The notes below the pieces were generated by a model. The model was not told where the DNA came from and did no database searches. It was given only the letters and a program-made list of their open reading frames with translations. Both the position numbers and the translations under genes were made by a program. A DNA stretch of 63,191 bases, counting the filler, from Chrysochromulina tobinii (lineage: Eukaryota), in NCBI GenBank assembly GCA_001275005.1. It is 4 parts of 4 records of this genome, joined end to end, with 100 filler letters (N's around TTAATTAATTAA, not from the genome) between each part and the next. Parts side by side here need not be neighbours in the genome. Positions count along the whole stretch, not along the records: positions 30,474 to 59,825 come from JWZX01000926.1; 3 more parts are not named here. One strand, given 5' to 3'. Position 1 is the stretch's first letter. Every line of letters starts with the position of its first letter. Shown here piece by piece: positions 32,490-42,464 of the stretch.

Positions 32490-33917
32490 ATGGCGGACGG
32501 CCGTGTCGTAGACCCTCAAGTTGAGGCCCTTATGAACCCGCCCATTGCACGGGATGCTCGCGGGCGAATTTGGCATCTCTCGGAGACGACGTTGGACACG
32601 GTGGAGCTGATGCTCAAGGCGACGCACGTTCCCACGAAACTTCGCCTCGGCTACCTGCTCGCCTGCCTCTTTCGCTCGTCGACGCCCGTAGGTGAACGCC
32701 TTGGGCCAGTCCTCATCGACTGGGACGAGGTTGTGCACTGCAACCACGGCAATCCGTTGCGCCTGATATCCATGGGTGCGGACGAATGCGGCTGCAGAGC
32801 ACAGTGGCTGCCACCAACGACGGCCGAAGCTGTGCGCGACTTCATCCGAGTGATGAACGCGGTTGTTGCGGCTCATAACGCGCTGGACTGGACGCTGCCG
32901 GCGCGTGAGACTGCGCAGGATCTTGCGTACGGTAACAAGCCGAACGCGTCACTGGTGGGCGAGGTCCTGGCGCAATTCGAACACTCGTGGAAGACGCTCA
33001 TTCTGCGTGTACCGGGCGGCGCGGGCCCGCACGGCGCTCTGGGACCTGCGCCATCCTGGTGGACCGATGGGCTACGTATGCAGGCGCAGAAGGCGAATGC
33101 GGCGTGGCTCATAGCGCTCAAGGGCAGCGGCGCGCGTGGCGCGCTGCCGCTCGCACCCGATTTGGATAGCTGCGATGACGTGTTCAACTCGACAGGCTGG
33201 CTGCTCCAATACCACCGGCTGCCGGAGCTCCAATCCGAGCTCGCACGCACGCCCGTAGGCGTCCAGATCAAGATCTTCTTCGACACGGAGGGAACGCTCC
33301 GCGCGGTGCCGGACGGTGGTTTCACGACCCCGGGCGCTCCAACAAGGGCGACTGACGTAGCGAGGCCGGCATCTGGCGGTTCGAGCGGGCCGAGTGGTGT
33401 GGCGAGTGGCGGGGCAAGTGGCGGGGCAAGTGGCGGGGCAAGTGGCGGGGCAAGTGGCGGGCTGAGCGGCGGGCTGAGCGGCGGACTGAGCAGAGGCGGC
33501 GCGAGGGGCAGCGCCGCAGCCGAGCACGGCGCCTTTGCCGTTGGCCAGCATGTCGAGCTGAGCGGGCTGTCCGCGCGTCCGGACCTTAACGGCCAGGTTG
33601 GCGAGGTGCTCGCTTCGGGCAAGACGGGTGGGCGCTACCCGATCAGGGTGGGCGGCGCGTCTGTGCTCATCAAGGAGGAGAACCTTCGGCGCACCGCGCG
33701 CAGTACACTAGAAAGCAAGATCGTCAACGGCTTCGTCATGGTGTGCGGCGAGTGGTTTCCGATGCCGCGGTTCCTTGAGCTCTCTATGCGTGCAAGCGAG
33801 GCGGCTTGCAAGATGTTCGCCGCGCTCGACAAGGAGGTACAAGCGGACGTGCTCGCTGGACGCCAAGAAATGCTGCCGCCGCCGCCCGAGGGATCAGGCC
33901 TTGTCAATCTGAGCTGA
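32490..33917 (+). CDS. Hypothetical protein with GGAS repeats and a C-terminal SH3-like module
   Basis: 475-aa ORF; VELSGLSARPDLNGQVGEV…GRYPIRV…IKEENL matches a small beta-barrel motif common in protist proteins. Confidence 0.6.
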   Translation: MADGRVVDPQVEALMNPPIARDARGRIWHLSETTLDTVELMLKATHVPTKLRLGYLLACLFRSSTPVGERLGPVLIDWDEVVHCNHGNPLRLISMGADECGCRAQWLPPTTAEAVRDFIRVMNAVVAAHNALDWTLPARETAQDLAYGNKPNASLVGEVLAQFEHSWKTLILRVPGGAGPHGALGPAPSWWTDGLRMQAQKANAAWLIALKGSGARGALPLAPDLDSCDDVFNSTGWLLQYHRLPELQSELARTPVGVQIKIFFDTEGTLRAVPDGGFTTPGAPTRATDVARPASGGSSGPSGVASGGASGGASGGASGGASGGLSGGLSGGLSRGGARGSAAAEHGAFAVGQHVELSGLSARPDLNGQVGEVLASGKTGGRYPIRVGGASVLIKEENLRRTARSTLESKIVNGFVMVCGEWFPMPRFLELSMRASEAACKMFAALDKEVQADVLAGRQEMLPPPPEGSGLVNLS

Positions 33918-34275
33918 GCCTGAGAGAGATGGGGAGCATGCTACACAGCTCGTCGGTACGCCCCATCTCGCGCGAGGGTCGACTACCGCGGGGGCCCTGC
34001 GCGTACCGGTACCGCGGTACCGGCGCCGGCTTGCTGATCTCGTCCATGTGTGTGTGTGAACCGTGTACCCCGGCTCCAGAGGTGAGCCAAGCCCCGGCTC
34101 CCCCCTGGCCCGCTGCCCCGCTGGCCCGCTTTGAAGAATTGATATTTTCAGAGAATTCCCAGCCATTTAATTAAGTGCCAAAAATATATAATAACCACCA
34201 CATGAATTGCTGCGGCCTGCGTGCGGTGCGGAAGCTACAGTACAACGCACATCGCTATTTATTTTCGCATCCCGT

Positions 34276-34580
34276 ACTTTTACCGGTACAGTACAGCACG
34301 TCTTACCGGTTCAAAGACACCGGGGGGAGCCGGGACACCCTTACCGGTAAAAAGACACGTGGGGGAGACACACTTACCGGTAAAAAGACACACTTACCGG
34401 TGTCTTTTTACCGGTAAAAGACTCCGGTACTGTGTGTGTCCCGGCTCCCCCCGGTGTCTTTTTACCGGTACTGTACCGCGTGTCCCGTGTGTCCCGTGTG
34501 TGTCCCGGCTCCCCCCGGTGTCTTTTTACCGGTACTGTACCGGTTTTTTACCGGTGCCGGTAAAAAGAAACCACCGGTAC
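34276..34580. repeat. Fold-back / inverted-repeat array built on ACCGGT and TTACCGGTAAAAAGACAC (MITE-like)
   Basis: Left AAAGACACCGGGGGGAGCCGGGACAC is the reverse complement of right GTGTCCCGGCTCCCCCCGGTGTCTTT (present about twice); more than 10 ACCGGT sites. Confidence 0.75.
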
Positions 34581-34657
34581 ATAGAGCGGGATGAAGAGTT
34601 GGTTTTTGGTGCGAGCTCCGATCATTCAGGAGGCGCTGACCAGCACCCTACAGTAGT

Positions 34658-36886
34658 ATGTTCCGTGTTCTCCGCTCGAAAATGACCCGGCCCATCCGCC
34701 GTAAAATCACGCTCGTGGCACCCACGTCGCACCCTCCTGCAACCGAGACTTCTCCTGCAGACAAGAAGTCGGATCGACCTCTAGAAAGTGGATCGAAAGT
34801 GGATTCGGATAGTGGATCGACCGCTGGAAAGTGGCCCAGCAAGGCCTTTGTACTTTTTCGTCTTCTTCTGGCACTGCCCGGGCCCATGTTCTTACTGTTC
34901 ACCGGCACTCAATACTCACGACGTGATCAATTTTCAGGTTGGACCGGGTCCTTCACGGAGCTCGGCGCAGGGTATACCCTTGGAGTCCAAGTCTGGCTCG
35001 CTTCTGTTCCTCCTCTCGTGCTATCGCTCCTCCTCGCCCAGATCGATTATACTGGCGAAGCCCTTACCAAGCGCGTCTGGACATTGCCCACGGCGTTGGA
35101 GGTTGCGTTGTATCTCGGCTCCATCTCTGCCTACCTCGCGCTTTACTACATCGAGCGGTTGAATTTGTTCGCGTTCGGCATGTTCCTTGCCTCTTTTGGG
35201 GTTGGTGCTTTCCTCTATTTTGCTACACTTGTCTTGCGTGACATCAAGAAATACCAAAAACTCAAAAAGTACAAGTCCTTCGTCCGCTCGCAAGCAGTGC
35301 GGGCCGGCATCATCACCATGATAATGGCGTGCGTGACCACCTTTGCTCTGTCGGCGATGCTGCGGGTGCCAATTAAAGCGACTCTGCTGAATGTATTCGT
35401 TGAGTTGTCACTCAACGGCGTCGCCTGTGCGGACCAGGCTGCGTTTGTATCGGCGTTCGAGGCAACTTCCGCGAATGCTAGCTGCCCTGCCCTGCCCAAT
35501 TGCGGCTACGCCACCTACGAGGACCTGTGCCAGGCCGTGCAGTACGCTCCGATGGTGCGAGCCCTGACTGACGACACTTTTGACGTGAACCTCTCCATTT
35601 TAGCATCCTGGCTTATCATCTCAATTCTCATTCTCGGCACTGGCCGTGCACGCGCAAACGACGGCTACTCGCACTTGCTCTCTCCACACATGCTCGTTGC
35701 CATGGTGCTGGGCCTCGTGTCACTGGTAATGACACTCTTCTCATTCATGCGCCTCCTCCTCATTGTGCTACGACTTTCTGTACCGCGCCCGGCCCCTTAC
35801 TTTGACCGAACGGGCCTGATGAACAAGTACGAGCTGCCTTTGACCTGCTACGGTGACTGTGTTTCTATCTGGTTTTACGGCAAAAATGTTGCTCTGCTCT
35901 TACTCATCCTCTTCGTACTCAACTTCGACTTCATCCTCAAAACGGTTTTGCTCAAACTGCGTGACCCCAGCGAAGTCCAAAAGGAGCAGCTGGAAGAGGC
36001 CATCAAAGAGCTCCGACGCCAAGGGTGGGACGACGACGCACCCTCCTTCTACTTCATCCCCGCCGATTGGGTGCGCGCGTGCGGCTCCGAGTCGCTGCCT
36101 CGCATGCAGACGCTGCACAAGGACGGCCACCTGACGAAGATAAAAATACCCCTCGCATCCGCGTTCCGCGAACCCGCGTTTTGTGGTGGTGGCATCATGG
36201 CAAACATCCTCTTCGTGAGCCATCGATGGGAAGACAAAAACAAGCCTGATGGCGACGGCGAGCAACTCAAGGCCATCAAGGCGTATCTGGAAGCGCACCC
36301 AGATATCAAGTGGGTCTGGTTTGATTACTCGTCGATGCCCCAGAAAGTGGATGGCGTTGACACTCGAACTCCCGAGGATAAGGCCGAGTTCCAGCTGATG
36401 CTTGCCGCCATCACCGACATGTACCTGACCGCGCACGTCCTCATTCTCCTCGACGGGTCCTCCGCATCCAGATTCTGGCCGCTGATGGAGGCATGGTGCT
36501 CGATGCAGACGGTCACGTCCGATGGGCTCCGCCCCGCGAAGGAGGGTGAGCGTCGTTACACGATCAAATGCATCCACACCGCTACCGACAAGCATGATGG
36601 CGAGGGGCTCGTTGACAAGGTGTCCACGAAGACGCCCGATGAAATGTTCGATCACCTCAAGAAGCCGGACATCGACGTCACCAATAAAAAGGACAAGGAG
36701 ACCATCTTGCCCAAGATTCTGGAGATCGTAAGGCACGTCGTTGACACGATTGGTGGTGCTGCCGTCCCCGAGAAGGAGGCCAACTCAACTCATGACATCA
36801 AGCCCGACGAGTTTGGCAACGTGATCAGTCTTGGCAATGAACTCCGTACACCATCTGAGAAGCTTCTGCCGCCAATGCAGCAGTGA
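34658..36886 (+). CDS. Multi-pass membrane protein with C-terminal HET-like (TIR-fold-related) domain
   Basis: About 9-10 hydrophobic segments, then FVSHRWE…PD..G.QL…VWFDYSSMPQ…YL…VLIL…SRFWPLMEAW. Confidence 0.7.
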   Translation: MFRVLRSKMTRPIRRKITLVAPTSHPPATETSPADKKSDRPLESGSKVDSDSGSTAGKWPSKAFVLFRLLLALPGPMFLLFTGTQYSRRDQFSGWTGSFTELGAGYTLGVQVWLASVPPLVLSLLLAQIDYTGEALTKRVWTLPTALEVALYLGSISAYLALYYIERLNLFAFGMFLASFGVGAFLYFATLVLRDIKKYQKLKKYKSFVRSQAVRAGIITMIMACVTTFALSAMLRVPIKATLLNVFVELSLNGVACADQAAFVSAFEATSANASCPALPNCGYATYEDLCQAVQYAPMVRALTDDTFDVNLSILASWLIISILILGTGRARANDGYSHLLSPHMLVAMVLGLVSLVMTLFSFMRLLLIVLRLSVPRPAPYFDRTGLMNKYELPLTCYGDCVSIWFYGKNVALLLLILFVLNFDFILKTVLLKLRDPSEVQKEQLEEAIKELRRQGWDDDAPSFYFIPADWVRACGSESLPRMQTLHKDGHLTKIKIPLASAFREPAFCGGGIMANILFVSHRWEDKNKPDGDGEQLKAIKAYLEAHPDIKWVWFDYSSMPQKVDGVDTRTPEDKAEFQLMLAAITDMYLTAHVLILLDGSSASRFWPLMEAWCSMQTVTSDGLRPAKEGERRYTIKCIHTATDKHDGEGLVDKVSTKTPDEMFDHLKKPDIDVTNKKDKETILPKILEIVRHVVDTIGGAAVPEKEANSTHDIKPDEFGNVISLGNELRTPSEKLLPPMQQ

Positions 36887-37662
36887 CGGAGTTGTCTTTC
36901 CGCTGCATGCTTGCGCCTGCTGCGCCAGGATCTTGACGAGGGTCTGGCTCGCTCGAGCCGCAAGCGCCGTGCCGAGCATGGAGTTTGCGGACGACGGCAC
37001 CAGCATTTCAGCCTGAGAATGCAGACGAGCTGTATCATGTATCACAGGGATAGGGGGTGTCTGAATCAGGTCAGGGATAGGGGGTGTGGCCGGCGTTGCG
37101 GTGAGCCAAGCGCGGAGAGGGGAGGAGCTTGCGCGCGGGGTGCAGCGTATTGAGAACGGCAATTGCGTATTGAGGCTAGCATGTTGCGACGATTTCGCAA
37201 TAAAGTTTGAAAGTGTGTTTGTGTTTCGTATTTATTTCGTATTGCGTGTACGCTGGTCGAACGTGGTGGAGCCGCGGGGGGACCGCGCGAGCACGAAACT
37301 GACAAGGAAACTGAGTAACTGACTGACTGACTGGTAAAGCGTAAACGTTTCTTTATCTTCGCGCCTCGCAGAGTACTCCGGATGCTACAACGGTACCCCC
37401 AGCCCCGGCGGTTTGAGCAGCATTGCCCTACATTGTATTGCGTTTTGCGTATCGTGCCGTCTCGGTAGAACTGTGGGTAAACGTTGACTTTGAGTGGAAA
37501 CGTTAACTTAGTGTATTGTGTGAATGAATGATTCACGCAATTTGGAATCACGACTCCACACCTGGGGAGCAGATGTGTTAGAAATCACACAGACATGCAT
37601 TCACGTTCACACTCACTCCACGCATTCCTGTGCGCGGGTCTTGGTGTCCGTCCATACACTTG

Positions 37663-40280
37663 ATGACGAACGTCTCCGCAGACGCTGAAGACGTGCTGTG
37701 GGTCCCTTGGGAACCACCACCATGGGTGCAGGCGCGCGGCCCTTCGCACTGCCTCGAGTCGACGCACTTTTGCATCCGTTGGGGCGATGGACTTTCAAGT
37801 GCACGGGCTCAGCGTGCAGCCCAGCAGCTCCTCGTGTGGCTCGAGCAGCACTGGGCACGCTTTTGCGAGCCGCGCTCCTCAGTCTTCTTCATCACACCAT
37901 ACACCACCCCCTTGTGGAGCGATGATGGGCTGCGCAGGAAGATGAACGTTTACATCGGCGACACGGGATTGGATCCGCCTGGTCCGGGCGGCTGGGCCTA
38001 TCAAGGCACTTGGGCCGAGCACGACGTCGGCGAGCTGAGACACCCCTTGGCCAACCCGCAAGGCAAGCTGCACCACTCGTATCTCGCGCTCGCACCAGGG
38101 GCCGCCGAGGCCGAGCGCACCGTCTGCCACGAACTCGGCCACTGCTTGCAGATGCACACGGGCGGGCACCTCGACGCGGAATCGGTCGGCTACCAGTGGG
38201 AAGCACACGCGGAGTACATGGTTCACCTGTGCCGGCCGGCGGACCCCGGGTGGGCGCCGCACGTGCCGGTCTTCCTGCGCACGTGCCATCTGCCCGTCGA
38301 CTCGACCAACTACGACGGCGAGGGCGAGGGCGGCGGCCGTCAGTACATCGTGTGGCCCTTGTACGCGTTCCTCGATAAGGTGCACCGAAGAGCCTTTGAA
38401 AGCGCGTTTGGATTGCCTTTGAATAGCGATTGAGTGCCTCTGCCTTGCACAGACGACGCTCAGTGCCGTTGCTCGGGTACTGAGCGTGAGCGCCGTAATG
38501 AGCACGAGCGCCGTACTGAGCACTAACGCCGTACTGGGCATGAGCGCCGTACTGAGCTTGAGCGTCGTACTGAGCACATGCTCGGTCGGTCACTGCCCTC
38601 GACCAGGTGCTCGGCGCACGGACAGTTCATACGTTGTGGCATTGGGACCGCGAGCAGCGGCAGCGGTCGGGGCGCTCGCGAGATATGATCTCCAATCTCC
38701 TGGGGCAGCCCGCGCTCCGGAGCGCCGTACTGAGCGCATGCCCCGTGCAGCGGCGCGGCGTCGAGGCTGCCACGACGTCGGGTACTGAGCACGAGCGCCG
38801 TACTGAGCACGAGCGCCGTACTGAGCATGAGCGCCGTACGGAGCCCGAGCGCCGTACTGAGCACGTGCTCGCGGCCCTGTTCGGGGCGTTTGCGAAGGCG
38901 ACGCTCACCTTGGATTGGGGTACCACTGAGGAGCAGTCCGCGGCGCTGCTGAGAGCCGCCGAGCCGCTCGACCCTCTCCGCTTCACGCCGCTCTGCCCGA
39001 GGACGCAGGCCCTGCCACCGGAAAGCGCCGAGGTGAGCGCCGCGTCAGCGTCCGCTTCGGACCTCGCGACGAACCTCGGCGCTTTAGATGGCACCTCGAC
39101 GAACCTCGGCGCTGCCACCTCCATCGCCGCCATCGACCTCGACCTCTCAGATCGTGCGGATGCGGATCCACACGAGCACCTCACGCGCCGTACGGAGCCA
39201 CCAACGCGCCCTCCTGAGCACCTCACGCGCCCTCCTGAGCACCTCACGCGCCCTCCTGAGCACCTCACGCGCCCTCCTGAGCACCTCACGCGCCCTCCTG
39301 AGCACCTCACGCGCCCTCCTGAGCACCTCACGCGCCCTCCTGAGCACCTCACGCGCCCCCCTGAGATGCTCTGGTGGGCCGCCGACGGCTCGCGCCCGCT
39401 ACGGCGCTGTGGCTTTGCCACGCATCGTTTGGAGGCTCACTCACGCGGCGCCGTAGCGGGCGAGCGGGCGAGCGTCACGGTCGTCGCGCTACCTGCCGTC
39501 GTGCTACCTGCCCATCGGGCAGGAGCGCCGCCGCTACCGCCGCCGCCGCCATTTGAGCTCATCATCGGAGTGGTGGGCTACGACCCCCACACGTGCACCC
39601 GGTACGACGCATGCACGTGCTCATCACGGCGCCTTGCTCTCCCCACACGTGCACCCGGTACGACGAGACGAGCCCGGCACCCCGTTGCATGCACGTGCTC
39701 ACCACGGCGCCATGCTCTCCCCACAGGTACGACGAGACGAGCCCGGCACTCTCGGCGACGACCCCCGGGGGGTCTCCGGCACACCTCTCCTTCGTGCCTC
39801 GGCCGGGCGTCGAGTACTTACTGAGCGTGTGCGCGGTGCCGGCGAGGGACGCGGACTTTACGCCGCTGCCGTGGGGTACACCTCCGGCCACGCAGCCACA
39901 CTTCAGCCGCTGCTATGCCGTCGGCCTGCAGGGCTGTGCGCCGCACCCGTCCATCGTCGTCGGCAGCAGCGGTGCAGCGTGGCAGCTGCCCGAAGGCGTG
40001 GCGCCGCTGTGCCCGACCCCCAACGGCTGGCTATCTGTGCCCACGGGACTGGACGGGTTGCAGCCGGAGAGCCGCCTGAGTGGAGGTGGCGCGTCGCTCT
40101 TTGCGCAGCGAGACCTGCGTTCAGGCAACCCTCTTGAGGTGAATACAGTGCACCTGACGCGCGCGTCGCTCGCTGCCAAGGGCTGTATGCTCCGCTCTGT
40201 GCGGATGAGCTACCGGTATGTGATCGGGTACTCGGGCGTCTCAGGCGACCCCGGGCCGAGCTTCACGCTCGAGCTTGTCG

Positions 40281-40327
<47 letters not shown>

Positions 40328-40747
40328 ATTGCGAACGGCACCAGCTGCGGTGCGTGTTGCTCCCACGGGCGAGCCTTCCTCGATGCGCCGGCACGTGGCT
40401 GCGCCGTAGCAGCGAGCAGCCCTCTTCCGGGCTGCGTCGAATGCGATGCCGAGGAGGCCGCCGCTGCCGAGGAGCCGACGGTACACGTGCTCTACCGGAG
40501 CCCCGAGTTTGACGCAGTCCCATACTCTTGGGACACAGGCACGGGGGGCTCGCCGACCAACTACTCGCCGCGCATTGACATCGATGGCGCCTGCGCGGTC
40601 GGCCCACTGCGCGGCTCGCGGCAGACGCTTCGGATCGTGTTCAGGAATGGCAGGCGCAACATGCACTTGCAGGGCGGAGGGTGGCCCGAGGAAGGCTCTT
40701 GCGAGCTTCGGTTGCAACTGCACTTGGAGGGGAGCGTTTCTGAGTAA
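37663..40747 (+). CDS. Zincin-like metallopeptidase-domain protein, bacterial DUF6055-like (introns 38380-38606 and 39602-39726)
   Basis: ESTHFCIRWG, KMNVYI, HELGHCLQ (HExxH), WEAHAEY. Both GT-AG introns restore the frame across ORFs 37630, 38607 and 39593. Confidence 0.6.
39175..39365 (+). repeat. 21-bp coding minisatellite (EHLTRPP)n
   Basis: GAGCACCTCACGCGCCCTCCT in about 8 copies. Confidence 0.9.
39602..39726 (+). mobile_element. Introner-like intron with two family 2 filler copies and exon duplications
   Basis: GCATGCACGTGCTCA(T/C)CACGGCGCC(T/A)TGCTCTCCCCACA(C/G) twice; 39658-39680 is identical to exon start 39727-39749. Confidence 0.75.
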
Positions 40748-41111
40748 TTATTTAGTACTATTACTAAGAAACGATTAGTAAAGTAGTACGAACGGCGCGG
40801 CCGTAACCGTGCGCGGTGGGAGGCGCCCCGACGCGACGGCCCGCCGCGAAATCCCGGATCAGGGCGGGCCAACTGCTGGAACCGTCACACTGGGGACTGG
40901 CCGCGTCTCGCGACTGGGGTCCACTCTCGTCTCTCCGCGACACAGCTCCAACTCACCGTCTCTCTCTCTCTGTCAGACGAGAATCTATGTCGACGTGACT
41001 CCACTGTCACGTGAGTGCCGGGGTGGCCGCGTTCCGCTTACGAGTAACCCGAGTAACCGGTCGGGGTCTCTCTCTTGGAGCCCTGCAACGACGCGTGTGC
41101 TTCGCGACGCG

Positions 41112-42119
41112 TCAGCCTTTCAGGCTCAGGCCCGTCAGCTGGTTGATGATCGTGTCGCAGTCCGAACGCGCAGGGCTGCTCGCGCGCGGGCGTGAGGGCT
41201 GCGCGGACCCTGGCGACGCCTTGGGCGGGTTGGCATGGGGCTGCGGCGGGGGCGGCGGGGCGTCGTCGAGCTGAGCCTGCGCCTGACGAATCCACGTGGG
41301 ACACGAGCTGGCCACGCTCAGCCCCGTTGAGCTCTGCCCATCCTCGTGTCCACGCTGCGCTGAGGGCGCGAGCATTGACATCGGCACGCCCACCAGCGCG
41401 AGCTTCGCGATCTCATCGAGTAAGCTCAGCCGGTGCGGTCGGAAGGAGATGCCGATCGCTTCGAGGTCCTCGGCGGAGCAGTGCTGCAGGTCGCGGCCCC
41501 GCAGGGGCACCTGCTCGCACATCGCAGCATACTTGCCCAGGCCGATCGCGCGCAGTAGAGAGCCGACCTGCGCCTCGCTCAGCGCCTCGAGTGGGACGCG
41601 GTGGCCTGCGCTCACGAGCGACGACTTCGTCGATGCGGTCGTCGATGCGGAGGCGGAGGCGGAGGCCATGCCGGGTAGGCCGCCGTAATCTTGGCCACCT
41701 CCGCCTCCGAACGCCACCGAGACCGAGTCGTCGGGCGTGATCTCGCAGTCCAGCTCCGGGCTGGATGAGCGGAGGTGCCGCAGCTCCACGATCCGCTCGG
41801 GCGGCACGCCCGGGTGGAAGATGAGAGGAGGCGAGCCCGGCTCTCCCGCCGAGACGACGGTGCTCGTGGCAAGGTGGTCGTCGTTGGCGCCATTCTCCGA
41901 CGCGGAGCCAGGGAAGACCAAGCTGGTTGCGTGGCTGAGGACCGTGCTGGGTGCGTGGCTGAGCTTGCCGCTTCGGACGCTTGCCAACGAGGCGATCGGC
42001 AAGGCGCTGTCTCGGTTCGGCCGGTCCTCGTCGACACGGTCGAGCGGGCCACGCGCAGATGAGCCACGGCTGCCGCGCCGGTGCGGGGGCACGTAGGCGC
42101 TGGGGGCGCTCGTGTGCAT
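41112..42119 (-). CDS. SAM-domain protein
   Basis: LSEAQVGSLLRAIGLGKYA…LRGRDLQHCSAEDLEAIGISFRPHRLSLLDEIAKL. Confidence 0.8.
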   Translation of the reverse strand: MHTSAPSAYVPPHRRGSRGSSARGPLDRVDEDRPNRDSALPIASLASVRSGKLSHAPSTVLSHATSLVFPGSASENGANDDHLATSTVVSAGEPGSPPLIFHPGVPPERIVELRHLRSSSPELDCEITPDDSVSVAFGGGGGQDYGGLPGMASASASASTTASTKSSLVSAGHRVPLEALSEAQVGSLLRAIGLGKYAAMCEQVPLRGRDLQHCSAEDLEAIGISFRPHRLSLLDEIAKLALVGVPMSMLAPSAQRGHEDGQSSTGLSVASSCPTWIRQAQAQLDDAPPPPPQPHANPPKASPGSAQPSRPRASSPARSDCDTIINQLTGLSLKG

Positions 42120-42464
42120 TCGGCCGACGCAGAGTCGGGCTCTTCGTGAGGAAGGCCGTTCTGTTCATCTCTACGGTACACACTTCAAGGGTCAGCTCGA
42201 GCGCGCGCCACGACTCGTCCCAACTTACCACTTGACCAGTCCCGCAAGAGATGTGTGAAAAGCGAATCCTCCTCGCAACGAGAACCGGGCCCAGGGCGAA
42301 GGTGAGCGCACCCTCCGCACGCTCGCCCGCACCGCCGCCCCCGACGCCCGCGCGGCCGCGCGCGCGCACCGCTTAGGGACCTTACCGGAAACCGCGCCCT
42401 CTCGCGCCACACACGCCTCACGCGCGCTCGAGCTCACGCGCCGCCGCGCCCGCGTGCGTTGCTA

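Noticed and set aside
41413..42369. Alternative-frame ORF overlapping the SAM gene
   Set aside because: Arg/Pro-rich shadow frame; the SAM motif lies in the 41112-42119 frame.
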